From an uncultured Methanosarcinaceae archaeon (GTDB taxonomy: Archaea; Halobacteriota; Methanosarcinia; Methanosarcinales; Methanosarcinaceae): 64,000 bases of DNA. The translations under genes and the position numbers were made by a program. Shown here in pieces: positions 43,043 to 53,268 of the stretch (position 1 is its first letter; every line of letters begins with the position of its first letter). The stretch lies in assembly GCA_963721455.1 (NCBI GenBank), contig CAVRJG010000038.1, positions 86,204-150,203 of the forward strand. Direction: 5' to 3'. The notes under the pieces are model-generated. The model made no database searches. It saw only the letters and a list, made by a program, of their open reading frames with translations, and was not told the DNA's origin.

Positions 43043-44521
43043 TTATTTTTTGCTTTTTTCAGGCACCCTGGTATGAACTGCAGAACCGGTTTTCCCTCTC
43101 ACAAGAGATGCGAATACCCCGATGATGCAGAAGACCGTAAACAGGATGAACGCGTAATGCAGGCTTAAAACGAATTGGGGATAATATGCCGGTGTGATCT
43201 CTACAGGACCGATAATAATCGCAAAGATCATCATTGCGATGCCCATCGAGAGCATCTGGCCAAGGAGCCGCATCGTCGCGTTCGTCCCGGATGCGACGCC
43301 GTAGAATCTTTTATCGACAGAGCTCATGATCGCGTTCGTATTCGGGGATGAGAAGAGCCCGAAACCTACACCAAGGACAATCAGGATAACAACCAGGTAC
43401 CAGATAGGAGTTGTTTCTGTAAGGAAAATGAGAAGGAAGAGCCCAAGCGCAGTAAATGTCATTCCTGCAGACGCAACAATCCGTGGTTCAATCTTGTCAG
43501 AGAGTCGGCCGGCAATTGGCGAAATCATAGCCATGACAACTGGCTGCACTATCAGGATAAAACCTGCGTGTCCGGACGTGAAGCCTTTCGTGTACTGAAG
43601 ATCGAGGCTTAAGAGAAAGGTCACTGCAAAAGTCGCGCTGTAATTGATGAGCGCAGACAGGTTCGAAAACGCAAAGATTCGGTTCCTTGTAAGGAGCCTG
43701 ATGTCAAGAACAGGAGAAGGTATTCGCATCTCATACAGGGCAAAGATTATCGCTCCTATAATTCCCGCGGCTATAAGGGCAGCCCCTTTAAAATCCGGGA
43801 GAACTGAGAACCCGTACATGACTGCAACGACTGCTGCACCGTAGATGACGGACCCTGTCAGGTCGAACCTCTCTCCTCTGCATTCGGCCCATTCGCCTTT
43901 CAGCTTCCAGAGGATGAGGAGAACCGCTGTGATGCCTATAGGCACATTTACAAAAAAGATGCTTCTCCAGCCGAGGTACTGTGTCATCAAACCGCCAAGG
44001 AAGGGGCCAAGAGAGAGCCCGAGGTAGACTGCAGTAATATAAATCCCAAGAGCCTTCCCGCGTTCTCCCGGCGGGAAGACAGAGGTGAGGATAGCGACTC
44101 CGGTTCCGAAGATCATTGCACTCCCTAAACCCTGAACGATCCGGATTCTGATCAGCATTTCTGTTGAGGGGACCATGGTCATGGCCAGGGACGCAAGGCT
44201 GAAGATCACGATACCATACAGGAAAATCTTTTTCCTCCCGTAAATATCGGCGATTTTTCCGAAAGGGACAAGAAACACTGCTGAAGAAAGGAGGTACGCG
44301 GTCGCAACCCACGAGAGGGCAATCGCGTCCATATGAAATTCTGCCCCGATTACAGGCAGGGCAATATTTACTGCAGAACCATCAAAGGGAGTGATAAATC
44401 CCGCAAGTACTGCGATAAGAAGGACAGTTCCTTTTGCTGTTGCAACCGCAGGAATTACAGGGGTACGGCATATTTCCGGAGCCTCAACAGATGATCCGGC
44501 ATTACCTGTTTCTTTTACCAT
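43043..44521 (-). CDS. MFS transporter (DHA2/EmrB-like)
   Basis: DGSAVNIALP, GKIADIYGRKK, GPFLGG, WRSIFFVNVPIG. Confidence 0.92.
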   Translation of the reverse strand: MVKETGNAGSSVEAPEICRTPVIPAVATAKGTVLLIAVLAGFITPFDGSAVNIALPVIGAEFHMDAIALSWVATAYLLSSAVFLVPFGKIADIYGRKKIFLYGIVIFSLASLAMTMVPSTEMLIRIRIVQGLGSAMIFGTGVAILTSVFPPGERGKALGIYITAVYLGLSLGPFLGGLMTQYLGWRSIFFVNVPIGITAVLLILWKLKGEWAECRGERFDLTGSVIYGAAVVAVMYGFSVLPDFKGAALIAAGIIGAIIFALYEMRIPSPVLDIRLLTRNRIFAFSNLSALINYSATFAVTFLLSLDLQYTKGFTSGHAGFILIVQPVVMAMISPIAGRLSDKIEPRIVASAGMTFTALGLFLLIFLTETTPIWYLVVILIVLGVGFGLFSSPNTNAIMSSVDKRFYGVASGTNATMRLLGQMLSMGIAMMIFAIIIGPVEITPAYYPQFVLSLHYAFILFTVFCIIGVFASLVRGKTGSAVHTRVPEKSKK

Positions 44522-44684
44522 GTGTATCACTGGTCGGAAAGGTTATTATCTGCTATCGGGAGCATCAGGAAAAATCACAAAAGGTTTGTGTGCAAAAGGG
44601 ACTTTTTCAGAGATTACGCTCTTCATAGTATTTCACCTCAGCGTGATTGACTAATCGACCACTTAGTATAACTTATTTGTTATT

Positions 44685-44815
44685 GAGCTGATCCCAAAAC
44701 CCATTTCATTCTTTATCATCAGAATTTTTTAGGATTGATTTCATGATAAGAAACTTGATTGGTCATTCAAAATACGAGATCCTAATAAGCTAATTTTGAG
44801 TTTTGGAATCAGCTC
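44685..44815. mobile_element. ~131-bp MITE (sister of 37898-38024)
   Basis: TIR GAGCTGATCCCAAAAC / GTTTTGGAATCAGCTC (15/16). Confidence 0.85.
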
Positions 44816-44997
44816 AAAAATAAGTTCATAACTCAAGGACACGACTCGCAACTTTCCTGGTAATAACTGATTCTGCTTCTTTCATATTGCCGAAGATCAA
44901 AAAGTTCCCAAGTCAAAAAGTCCCATGGCTTTTTCACTTCATGAACCCCGATGCTATTATATTTCTTCCCGGAAAATAATGTGATTGAGGATTTTAA

Positions 44998-45465
44998 ATG
45001 GGAATTGTTAATTTTAAGAAAGTAATGATTGCAACCGACGGCTCGGACTACTCCAGGCTGGCTGCCGACAAAGGGATAGAGCTTGCTCGATTGAGTGGAG
45101 GGACGGTTTATGCAGTCTGTGTGGTGTCAACGGCTTACTTATCTTATATGAGTGGGGATTACTATTTTTCGGTGGGTGTGAATCCTTATTGGGAGTTGAT
45201 GCATGAGGCTTTGAAAAACCAAGGGCAGCAGGCTGTAAATTATGTGAAAGATTTAGGAGAGATAAAAGGAATCAATGTCGAATCTGTCCTGCTTGAAGGC
45301 AATCCATCAGACGAGCTGATCCGGTATGCTGAAGAGGAAAAAATGGATATTGTTATTATGGGCACTCTCGGAAAGACAGGACTGGACAGGCTGCTTCTGG
45401 GCAGCGTTGCAGGAAATCTGGTCCGTCACTCGAAGGTTCCTGTTATGGTTGTAAGGGAGTCATGA
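44998..45465 (+). CDS. Universal stress protein
   Basis: KVMIATDGS, GTLGKTGLDRLLLGSVAGNLVRHS. Confidence 0.92.
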   Translation: MGIVNFKKVMIATDGSDYSRLAADKGIELARLSGGTVYAVCVVSTAYLSYMSGDYYFSVGVNPYWELMHEALKNQGQQAVNYVKDLGEIKGINVESVLLEGNPSDELIRYAEEEKMDIVIMGTLGKTGLDRLLLGSVAGNLVRHSKVPVMVVRES

Positions 45466-45553
45466 GATGAGCTCAAGTAAACTATAACTTGCAACCTTCG
45501 GATTTTGCCTTTTCTTCAGGTCTGCATTATGGATCTAGAATAAAACATTTTCT

Positions 45554-45750
45554 GTAACTATTCAGCAGGGAAAAACAACGTCAATAGCCATCTTTCATAA
45601 GATTAAATAGACAAATTACTTTGAATTAGTTTCCGTTAATTGTTGGCTATTGATTGCATTTTTTTCTTTTTTCATTAGTTAGTAATCACATTTATCTGTG
45701 ATGTCAAAATCAATATCAATCAACTGATTTTTGGTAGACTGAATAGTTAC
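45554..45750. mobile_element. 197-bp MITE with GTAA ends (IS66-like, tentative)
   Basis: TIR GTAACTATTCAG / CTGAATAGTTAC; flanks CATTTTCT vs GAATATCT (possible decayed 8-bp TSD); a lone end also near 39120-39132. Confidence 0.75.
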
Positions 45751-46080
45751 GAATATCTTAAAAAATTTGAACTTTCCTTTAACGGAGTAGAATTTCATTC
45801 AGCAAGCCAAAAAGCATGGAGCTAGCTGTAAGGTAATCGAAGCCCTTGAGAATATTCCAGACCAGGGATACACCAGTTCTGACAATGTCATCAAGGAATT
45901 TGGAGGCAAATAACTCCATTAGAGTAAATCAGCTATAAAACATGGAGCGAGGGAAAAAGTGATTTCGGTTCAGTATTAAAGTTTTGAAGAATCAAATTTT
46001 CCCTCAAAAAAGATTGTCTTATAAAAAGATTCTCAGAACCCGTAAGTCCTACTTTTACACACCCTGTTAATTTACCTTGT

Positions 46081-46242
46081 TCATTGTTTTAATTTCATCG
46101 GTTCTCCACAACACTTTATGTTGCCGGTACAGCAGACATCTGTAGAGCATTTGTCATCTCCACATTCATTTGCTACCTTAAGTTCGAATCCGCACCCCTC
46201 GCAGACGAGAACCTGACCCTCTTTTAATTCGCTGCAGTTCAT
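46081..46242 (-). CDS. 53-aa Cys-rich desulforedoxin/metallothionein-like protein (not in the ORF track)
   Basis: MNCSELKEGQVLVCEGCGFELKVANECGDDKCSTDVCCTGNIKCCGEPMKLKQ; 9 Cys; GAGGTGG RBS. Confidence 0.8.
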   Translation of the reverse strand: MNCSELKEGQVLVCEGCGFELKVANECGDDKCSTDVCCTGNIKCCGEPMKLKQ

Positions 46243-46306
46243 TTCATACCACCTCAATTTGCTTGATAGATAAAAAACGTATATAAAAATCTTAGGTCTC
46301 GTGAAC

Positions 46307-46540
46307 TTATTTCCCTTGTTTGATCATTTCCTGAACCTTTCGAATGTCATCTATAGCCTTTTTCTTTAGCTCGATCATCTTTTCCATATCATTTATTTTT
46401 GTTTCCATCCATTGTATTTTCATATCCATCTTCATTAATGCAACTTTCTTTTTCTGTTCTTCAGTCAGAAATTCCCAAATCTCAGACATCGGCTCAGCAT
46501 GCATCATTGAATGTGTTCCTGTTGAATGTTCTTCGCCCAT
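46307..46540 (-). CDS. Small coiled-coil protein with His/Met-rich N-terminus
   Basis: 77 aa; HSTGTHSMMH then a Met/Lys-rich helix; AGGGG RBS. Confidence 0.7.
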   Translation of the reverse strand: MGEEHSTGTHSMMHAEPMSEIWEFLTEEQKKKVALMKMDMKIQWMETKINDMEKMIELKKKAIDDIRKVQEMIKQGK

Positions 46541-46614
46541 GTTTAACTACCCCTTTAATGTGTATTCACAAAACAAAATTTTGATAATATGTATAATACA
46601 ATTGAATCTTCTTA

Positions 46615-46715
46615 GAGACTTTTTAATCTCTTCTGGAATCGCCAAAGTTTACCATCAATTCCGCTAGCAATTGACTGCAATCAATCAAAAATCCAGAAAA
46701 ATAATAAAAAGTCTC
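46615..46715. mobile_element. 101-bp MITE (an interrupted inverted copy at 59849-60132)
   Basis: TIR GAGACTTTTTA / TAAAAAGTCTC; core ctagcaattgactgcaatcaatcaaaaa shared with the second copy. Confidence 0.78.
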
Positions 46716-46812
46716 GATTTCAAATTGTATCGCTTGAGGATTAGTATTCAAAGGATATAATATCTAGAGAAATATAAATAAGAAACCAATATTAATTTAA
46801 ACTCGAAATTAT

Positions 46813-46900
46813 CTCGTGTAGCGTCAACAGCAAAATATCGTTTAAAAACGATTGCAACTATTCAGACTTGTTGAATCTTCAAGGATTGACGCGACACTAG
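46813..46900. mobile_element. IS630-derived MITE
   Basis: Right end GATTGACGCGACACTAG identical to the right end of the IS630 at 59474-59490; left end CTCGTGTAGCGTCAA is degenerate. Confidence 0.8.
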
Positions 46901-46901
46901 T

Positions 46902-47074
46902 CTAGTGCATCGATCCCAAATTATGGAAATAAAACTGGACTTTGAAATCAACACTGGTCAATGAGTTTCCCACAAAAAACTACAAATGGACATGGATAAA
47001 CACGAATTGAAACCATCTGTGTTCATCTGTGTTTATCCGTGGTTTATTGAGGATATAGGGAATCGATGCACTAG
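46902..47074. mobile_element. CTAG-flanked MITE containing a REP-like repeat
   Basis: TIR CTAGTGCATCGAT / ATCGATGCACTAG; internal atctgtgttcatctgtgtttatccgtggtt. Confidence 0.75.
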
Positions 47075-47165
47075 TTCCCGCAGACATCTCCTTAAAATTA
47101 TTATTTTTCACAAATATTTCCTACCTTCCGTAGAATTCCAAAAAATACCACCTACTTCTTTTATA

Positions 47166-47279
47166 TAGGACTTACGCATTTGAGGCACAAAATAAAGCAC
47201 GAGTATATTCTTTATAAGATTATTTAGATATCTGAAGGTTTAATGCTATTTATTTCTCAGTTCAACTGCATAAGTTACA
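47166..47279. mobile_element. MITE with TAGGACTTACGCA end (partial relatives near 39005, 46041 and 60145)
   Basis: TAGGACTTACGCATTTGA / TCAACTGCATAAGTTACA; interior similar to 39005-39090. Confidence 0.65.
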
Positions 47280-47680
47280 ATTCCTTTTTAGTATTAAATA
47301 TTATACCATTCAGCCGATCTTTCAACAAGCCCGAAGGATACTGATTTATAATTCATCTGAATTACGAATAATTAGCCTGAAGGATGGAAAACAATACTGC
47401 AAATTTTGCAATAAATCTGGAAACGCAAATTAAACTATGATAGTGCAGTAATACTTAATTTAAAGGCAACAAGAAACTTTTCCGGCAATGCCGTTAAAAC
47501 CGCGTAAAACTCAAATTAATGGTTTAGGCGAAAAACCATTAAGGCTAAATTTACAAAAACTAAGACGATATAAAGTTGTAAGACGAAACTTAGAAAACCA
47601 CGGATTAGATTTATAAGAAATTAACGGATTAAGGCATTCGACTACCCTTATATGGATATTATAGAGGTTACAGATTCACA

Positions 47681-48805
47681 ATGAATGAAATAATTACCTG
47701 GATATTGATTCTATTCTGCCTGATGCAGTCTGCCATTTTTTCCGGGATGACAATAGGGGTTTTTAGCCTTGGGAGACTCAGGCTTGAGATTGAGGCCGAA
47801 GCAAACAATAAAGAGGCTATCAAAATCCTGCAGATCCGAAGGGATTCAAATTTCCTGCTTACGACAATGCTCTGGGGGAATATAAGTGTAAATGTCCTTA
47901 TTGCCCTGCTTTCGGATTCCGTGCTGACAGGGGCATCAGCTTTCCTCTTCTCTACTTTCGGAATCACCTGCTTTGGGGAGATTGCCCCTCAGGCCTACTT
48001 CTCTCGAAATGCCCTGAAACTTGGAGCAAAACTGACTCCTGTTGTCCGATTCTACCAGATGCTGTTCTATCCTGTAGCCAAACCGACAGCTCTTGTTCTT
48101 GACTGGTGGCTTGGCAGAGAAAAACTTGAGCTTTTCAAGGAGCAGGCTATGCGGATTATGCTCGAAAAGCATATAGAATCAGGAAAGACCGATATAGGCG
48201 CTTTTGAAGGAATAGGAGCCCTGAACTTTCTTTCCATAGACGACGTCAGCATTTCCGACGAAGGCTCGATAATAGACTCAAGAAGTATAATCTCTCTCCC
48301 GGTCGAAAGCAACCGTCCGGTTTTTCCTCCATTCAAAAGGGAACCTTCGGATCCTTTCCTGCAGAAAATAGAAGCATCCGGGAAAAAATGGGTGGTCATC
48401 ACCAGCCCCACCGACGAACCTGTCATGGTGCTTGATGCGGACCACTTCCTCCGGGATGCAGTCTACAAGAAAGGCCCGTTCATTCCACTTTCTTATTGCC
48501 ATTTCCCGGTTGTGGTTAAATCTCCGAAAACAAGGCTTGAAAGAGTTATCCGGCAGTTTAAAGTGTATCCGCAGTACCCGGAAGATGACGTAATCGACCA
48601 GGACCTTATTCTCTACTGGGGCCAGGAAAAGAGGATTGTAACGGGCTCGGACATTCTGGGCCGCCTGCTCCGTGGAATTGTAGTGGAATGCGAATTGGGG
48701 TCAGGGTGTGAAAGGCATGTTCCGCCCGTACAGCTCGGAATGGTCAGAAAGGTAACTTTGAGTAAAGAAGAGAAAAAAGAAAGTAAAGAGCAGGAGAAGG
48801 AATAA
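47681..48805 (+). CDS. CNNM/DUF21 domain membrane protein (divalent-cation homeostasis family)
   Basis: SAIFSG, LLTTMLWGN, FGEIAPQ, YPVAKP. Confidence 0.85.
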   Translation: MNEIITWILILFCLMQSAIFSGMTIGVFSLGRLRLEIEAEANNKEAIKILQIRRDSNFLLTTMLWGNISVNVLIALLSDSVLTGASAFLFSTFGITCFGEIAPQAYFSRNALKLGAKLTPVVRFYQMLFYPVAKPTALVLDWWLGREKLELFKEQAMRIMLEKHIESGKTDIGAFEGIGALNFLSIDDVSISDEGSIIDSRSIISLPVESNRPVFPPFKREPSDPFLQKIEASGKKWVVITSPTDEPVMVLDADHFLRDAVYKKGPFIPLSYCHFPVVVKSPKTRLERVIRQFKVYPQYPEDDVIDQDLILYWGQEKRIVTGSDILGRLLRGIVVECELGSGCERHVPPVQLGMVRKVTLSKEEKKESKEQEKE

Positions 48806-48808
48806 AAG

Positions 48809-50473
48809 TTATTCCTCGTATGCAGGGAGAGTTATAACGCCTATCTCCTGAAGCGGCGAGCCTACAGCAAAGTGGTAGAGGTCCTGATATTCAAGCCCTT
48901 TGAGCCCGATTGCCTCATGTAACGGATCATCGAAAAAGCATCCTATTCCGCAGCCCTTGAGACCATTTGCCTCAGCTTCAAGGTAAAGAAGCTGTCCCAG
49001 AATCCCACATTCCCAGAAAAGGTACGGGTATATCCAGGAGCCGAATTTATTAAGAGGTTCTTCGAACTCCGAGAGCATGCAGGCAGTGAAACAGGCATCT
49101 GCAGCTTTTCTCTGAGAACAGGAAAGCTGGGCTGCAAAATCATACAGCGTCTCTTCCATAAGCAGGTAAAACTCAAGGCCAGGAGGGCAATTTTTTGGTT
49201 TTTCCCATAAGAAATCCGGGCTGATGGCAGCTTTAAACCTCTCTTTTTCTGCGGGTTTGCGAAGGAAAATATAAAGTCCGGGAAGAAGATCTTTTACCCG
49301 GTTTACAAAAAGAAGCAGGTGTGTAAAGGAACCAAATGCAAGAGGATTGAAAATCGGATTATTTTCCGGAAGGGTTTTTTGCAGCATCTTGTAGAAAGTT
49401 TCTTTCTCCATGTATGCGCTGTTATTCATTTCCAGGGCGCTTCTCCTTTTACGAATGACGCTGCGCAGGGGAACCTTATCAAGGCCGGTTCTGGAACCAT
49501 TAGCTTTCATGGGTGAAACTGCCTGCGTACCGGGTTTCAGTCCATCTTTTTTCTCCAGGTAACCGGTTTCTCTCTTTTGAGCTGCTGAAGCAGCCTTTTC
49601 GATGCCTAACCATTCAACATGCCCTGGGCTCAAACTGTTAGGAACGCCTTTCCAGGAAAGGGCTCCAAAAGCAGAAACTGCGTTGGAATTAACCCTGCCT
49701 ACGTTACAGGTTTTTCCTGCCGGATAGACCGCAAGCAGGCAGGCAGGCTCCTGTTTTTCAGGGCCTTTCCTTCCGGATATGCCGAGAAGCCCTGCAATTT
49801 CTTCCGAACCCATATCCGCAAGAAGGCTTGTTTTCCAGCCGAGCCCGGCAGCGGCGAAAGTCAGGGCGGCAATTGCATGCCCTGTATCATGCTGCGCATA
49901 TCTGAAAGCTCTGAGCCCGTATTTCCAGGAAACCCTCCAGTAAATTGAAGACAGGCCCACAAAAAAAGTGCCTTCGGGAAAGCCTGAACTCAACAACTCC
50001 CAGGTATCCCGGGAAAATTCGGCTCTTAGTTCAAGGGCATGAGGCAAAGGAGCATAATGGCATACCGAAGGACTTTTCAGAAGCCCATTGACAGGTCCGG
50101 AAAGAAGGTAAACCTCAGTAGGATGAAGGTTTCCGCTGGAAGGGTTGACGCGAAGAGGCCATTTCGTACCGTCTGCCTTTTTCCAGGCCGAGATTGCGAA
50201 GCTGTCAAAAAAAAGCCTGGAAATAGTTTTTGCATTCAGCTCAGAGGGCTCGAGTTTTTCCGGTGAGAAAGCCTGCTCATAAGCGGGAAAAATCTCATAT
50301 TTTATTTGCTCATCACTCCATTTATCCAGGCTCAAAAGTTGAGCTCCATTATAATTCAGGAATGGATCTGGCTTGATTTGCATATCCAGGCGATGAGGGC
50401 CCGGAGCATAAGCTTTGAAGTTGTGCTTACTTTTCTGGTGATAAGCCAGTATCGCTTCAAGTTCTGCTGTCAT
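48809..50473 (-). CDS. SagB/ThcOx-family FMN-dependent dehydrogenase (two nitroreductase domains)
   Basis: LRVNPSSGNLHPTEVY, WKYGLRAFRY, KRRSA, GIGCFFDD. Confidence 0.85.
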   Translation of the reverse strand: MTAELEAILAYHQKSKHNFKAYAPGPHRLDMQIKPDPFLNYNGAQLLSLDKWSDEQIKYEIFPAYEQAFSPEKLEPSELNAKTISRLFFDSFAISAWKKADGTKWPLRVNPSSGNLHPTEVYLLSGPVNGLLKSPSVCHYAPLPHALELRAEFSRDTWELLSSGFPEGTFFVGLSSIYWRVSWKYGLRAFRYAQHDTGHAIAALTFAAAGLGWKTSLLADMGSEEIAGLLGISGRKGPEKQEPACLLAVYPAGKTCNVGRVNSNAVSAFGALSWKGVPNSLSPGHVEWLGIEKAASAAQKRETGYLEKKDGLKPGTQAVSPMKANGSRTGLDKVPLRSVIRKRRSALEMNNSAYMEKETFYKMLQKTLPENNPIFNPLAFGSFTHLLLFVNRVKDLLPGLYIFLRKPAEKERFKAAISPDFLWEKPKNCPPGLEFYLLMEETLYDFAAQLSCSQRKAADACFTACMLSEFEEPLNKFGSWIYPYLFWECGILGQLLYLEAEANGLKGCGIGCFFDDPLHEAIGLKGLEYQDLYHFAVGSPLQEIGVITLPAYEE

Positions 50474-50566
50474 AACAAGGCACCACCCAATAATCGGAGA
50501 ACTTAGAAATCTCAGACCGCTTTTTCGGCCGGGGATGTATAAGTATGAAATTTTTTAACCGAGGTA

Positions 50567-51109
50567 TTACACTTTTTTCAAGGCTTCAAGCACGGCTTTT
50601 CCGAAAGCTTCAGCACTTCCGGGGTCTCGCCCTGTGACCACTCTGCCCGAAACCACTACATCCCTGTCCAGATAGATAGCCCCGTGTTCCTTAAGTTCGT
50701 GTACCGTATCCGGACTTTTGAAAACCGTGCTTTCTTTACCTTTCAAGATACCTGTCCTTGCCAGTACTACAGGAGAGATGCAAATCGCTGAGACCACCTT
50801 TTTTCGGGCATCCGCTTCCTTTACGAGTTCATGCAAAGATTTGTTGTCCCACAGATATTTTCTTGAACCCGGTCCCCCGGAGATCACTATTGCGTCGTAG
50901 TCATCAATTCTGGCTTCGGAGATCGTGATATCAGGCTTAATTGTGCCTCCCAGCATCCCTTTCGCAGTTTTGGTAGATTCGGCTGCAATAGTAACTTTTA
51001 CTCCTGCAGCTTCAAAAAGCTGCTCTGGAATAAAACATTCTTCATCCCTGAATTGCTCCTGGGCAATTACAAGCAGAATTTTTTTGCCTTTATATTCGGT
51101 TTCTGTCAT
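50567..51109 (-). CDS. DJ-1/PfpI family protein
   Basis: FRDEE, YDAIVISGG, AICISP nucleophile elbow, VVTGRDP. Confidence 0.9.
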   Translation of the reverse strand: MTETEYKGKKILLVIAQEQFRDEECFIPEQLFEAAGVKVTIAAESTKTAKGMLGGTIKPDITISEARIDDYDAIVISGGPGSRKYLWDNKSLHELVKEADARKKVVSAICISPVVLARTGILKGKESTVFKSPDTVHELKEHGAIYLDRDVVVSGRVVTGRDPGSAEAFGKAVLEALKKV

Positions 51110-51322
51110 CTGGTTACCTTCCTGTAAGCTCAAAAACGAAAATTGAATATTTCAGTAAACGAAAATTGAATATTTCAGTAATTGAAGCAACCCTGTTCCC
51201 TTATGAAGGTATATACCTGAAAATATAAATGAATGCTTCTTTCAGGAAGTACAGAGTCTGGAAACTCCAGGGGTTATTTCAGGGAATAAAAATTTATTTG
51301 TAAATTTATTCCGTACCTGGAT

Positions 51323-52678
51323 TCAGGTTATAAGGAGATAGAGGCATGCTGAAATTCCTGCCCCTGCAAAAGTTGCTACGAAATTGACCCCGCTATTCGA
51401 AAGCATACCCCTCTTCTGAAGAGTAGCCCCAAGAAGACTGTCCATGTTTGTCCCAAAAAAGCCTCCTGCAGTTGTAATAAGGACTGTTAGCACAAGATTG
51501 TCCGAGACTCCTAACATGTATGCAAGAAGCCCTATCACCGCAGAACCAAAAATTGCAGCAAGCTCGCCAAGTAAGGAAACAGCCCCATCAGCTCCGGGTT
51601 CTGAGAGCTTCAGGGTTGTTATCATTCTTGGCTTCCCTTTTGCCGTTGTCCCGATTTCACTTGCCAGGGTATCCCCTGTAGCCGTTGCAACCGTGCCCAT
51701 ATAGGCATAAATAATCGGAAGGCTGTGTTCCGGGAAAATTCCGTATGCTACTGCCAGGGCAAGGGCTGCAGTACTGTTTGAAAATACATTTTCATAACTT
51801 CGGATTCCTTCTTTAGCCTGTGCAATCCCTATGGACTCTTTGTATGCATACTTGTATCTGGTAAACCCGCCTCCGAGAATAAAAAATGTAAGCAAAAGCA
51901 AGAACCAGGAAAGCCCGCTGAAGACGATTATAAGGACTCCTAGAAGGGCAGCACTAAGAAGGGCTGAGACATCTGCAATCTTTGCCCTGTAAGCCAGAAT
52001 GCCAAGGAAAAACGAGAAGGCAAGTGCCACAACCATTTTTTCAGGGGGCACCCAGTACCTGAACTCCTCAAAAATCCACATCGTCATCCCTGCGCCCAAT
52101 GGCACTGAGATATTCTTATCTATTTCTGAGGGGATCGACTCAAAAAGAGAACCTGTAATCGCCCCGATCACAGCTATAAAAAAGACCAGGTTATATGAAA
52201 CCGGAAGTCCCTGCCAGTAGATGATCCAGCTGGCGGCAAGGAATGCCGCAACAATCCGAAGTGCCAGGAAAGCCGAACTCCAGAGTATTGAGAAACTCTT
52301 CTTTTTGATCCTGCTCCGCCTTAAGTTAAAATCAGACATAGGATCTGTTTCCGTAAAAGAAATCTTATAGTTACCTACTGCCGCAACTGCAAAAGCGGCG
52401 AGTACTATGTAAAAAGGATAGGGGGAAGAAGAGCCCCCCGAAATTATGGAAACAAACAGCATCAGCGCCAGGGAAAAAGCAAGGCTGGTGAAATTTCTGC
52501 CCCCGGAAGAAGAGTTTCCTGAAAACCGTAGTCTCAGGAAAAGAATGACAGACAGGAGAAAAAGAAGGTTCACTCCTGCAAAAGGAGCTATAAGAATGAT
52601 CAGGAGATAAAGGATATGCATTACAGGAATTCCATTACAGGGATTCCCGTTTTTGAAAGGTCGGGCAGCTCTGTTCAT
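51323..52678 (-). CDS. DUF92 family integral membrane protein
   Basis: RSYENVFSN, ATGDTLASEIG, GAVSLLG, DSLLGATLQ. Confidence 0.88.
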   Translation of the reverse strand: MNRAARPFKNGNPCNGIPVMHILYLLIILIAPFAGVNLLFLLSVILFLRLRFSGNSSSGGRNFTSLAFSLALMLFVSIISGGSSSPYPFYIVLAAFAVAAVGNYKISFTETDPMSDFNLRRSRIKKKSFSILWSSAFLALRIVAAFLAASWIIYWQGLPVSYNLVFFIAVIGAITGSLFESIPSEIDKNISVPLGAGMTMWIFEEFRYWVPPEKMVVALAFSFFLGILAYRAKIADVSALLSAALLGVLIIVFSGLSWFLLLLTFFILGGGFTRYKYAYKESIGIAQAKEGIRSYENVFSNSTAALALAVAYGIFPEHSLPIIYAYMGTVATATGDTLASEIGTTAKGKPRMITTLKLSEPGADGAVSLLGELAAIFGSAVIGLLAYMLGVSDNLVLTVLITTAGGFFGTNMDSLLGATLQKRGMLSNSGVNFVATFAGAGISACLYLLIT

Positions 52679-53268
52679 TATAGGACATCGTTTGTTTTTA
52701 CTATTCCTGGGAAGCTACATAGAATAGGCTTATCTTTATAAATAGTTGTTTTTCTTTCAGTAGATAAATAGTTGTTTTTCTTTCAGATGATGGTTTAAAA
52801 ATACAGATTGGAATTTAAAAATATCTATTTTTAGCAGTTGCGGCCGGGAAAACTTTACGCAAACCCTTTAGAGATTATTCAATGAATAAAATAACTTTTG
52901 TCTGACATTTTGTTTTTCAGAATTTCTCAGACTTTAATGCTCATTCATCCAGGCTTACCCACGAAATCTAACAAAATTCGGATCCATAAGTATAACAGAA
53001 ATAGATTAGTATATTTATAAATCAGAACTAAATTAGTATATTTATAACCGGCAAAGCTGCTAGCAGTAAGCGGAGTTAGTACAGCACGTTTTCTCTTGAG
53101 AACCGATTAAATCCAGTGACCAATTGGATGCAGTTATTGATTTATTCACGGTTATTGGCTTAAATCCGATCTGGAGAAGGGCTGTTCAGGTTTCAAATAG
53201 GTCGCTCGCATTTTAGATTTACTAGGTACAGTATCACATCGATTTTATACTTACTGTGAGGGGAATGA

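Noticed and set aside
51135-53050. Short duplications (51135-51180, 52737-52786, 53004-53047; similar ones at 940-968, 12318-12353, 37371-37408)
   Set aside because: Two- or three-copy AT-rich slippage repeats with no sign of function
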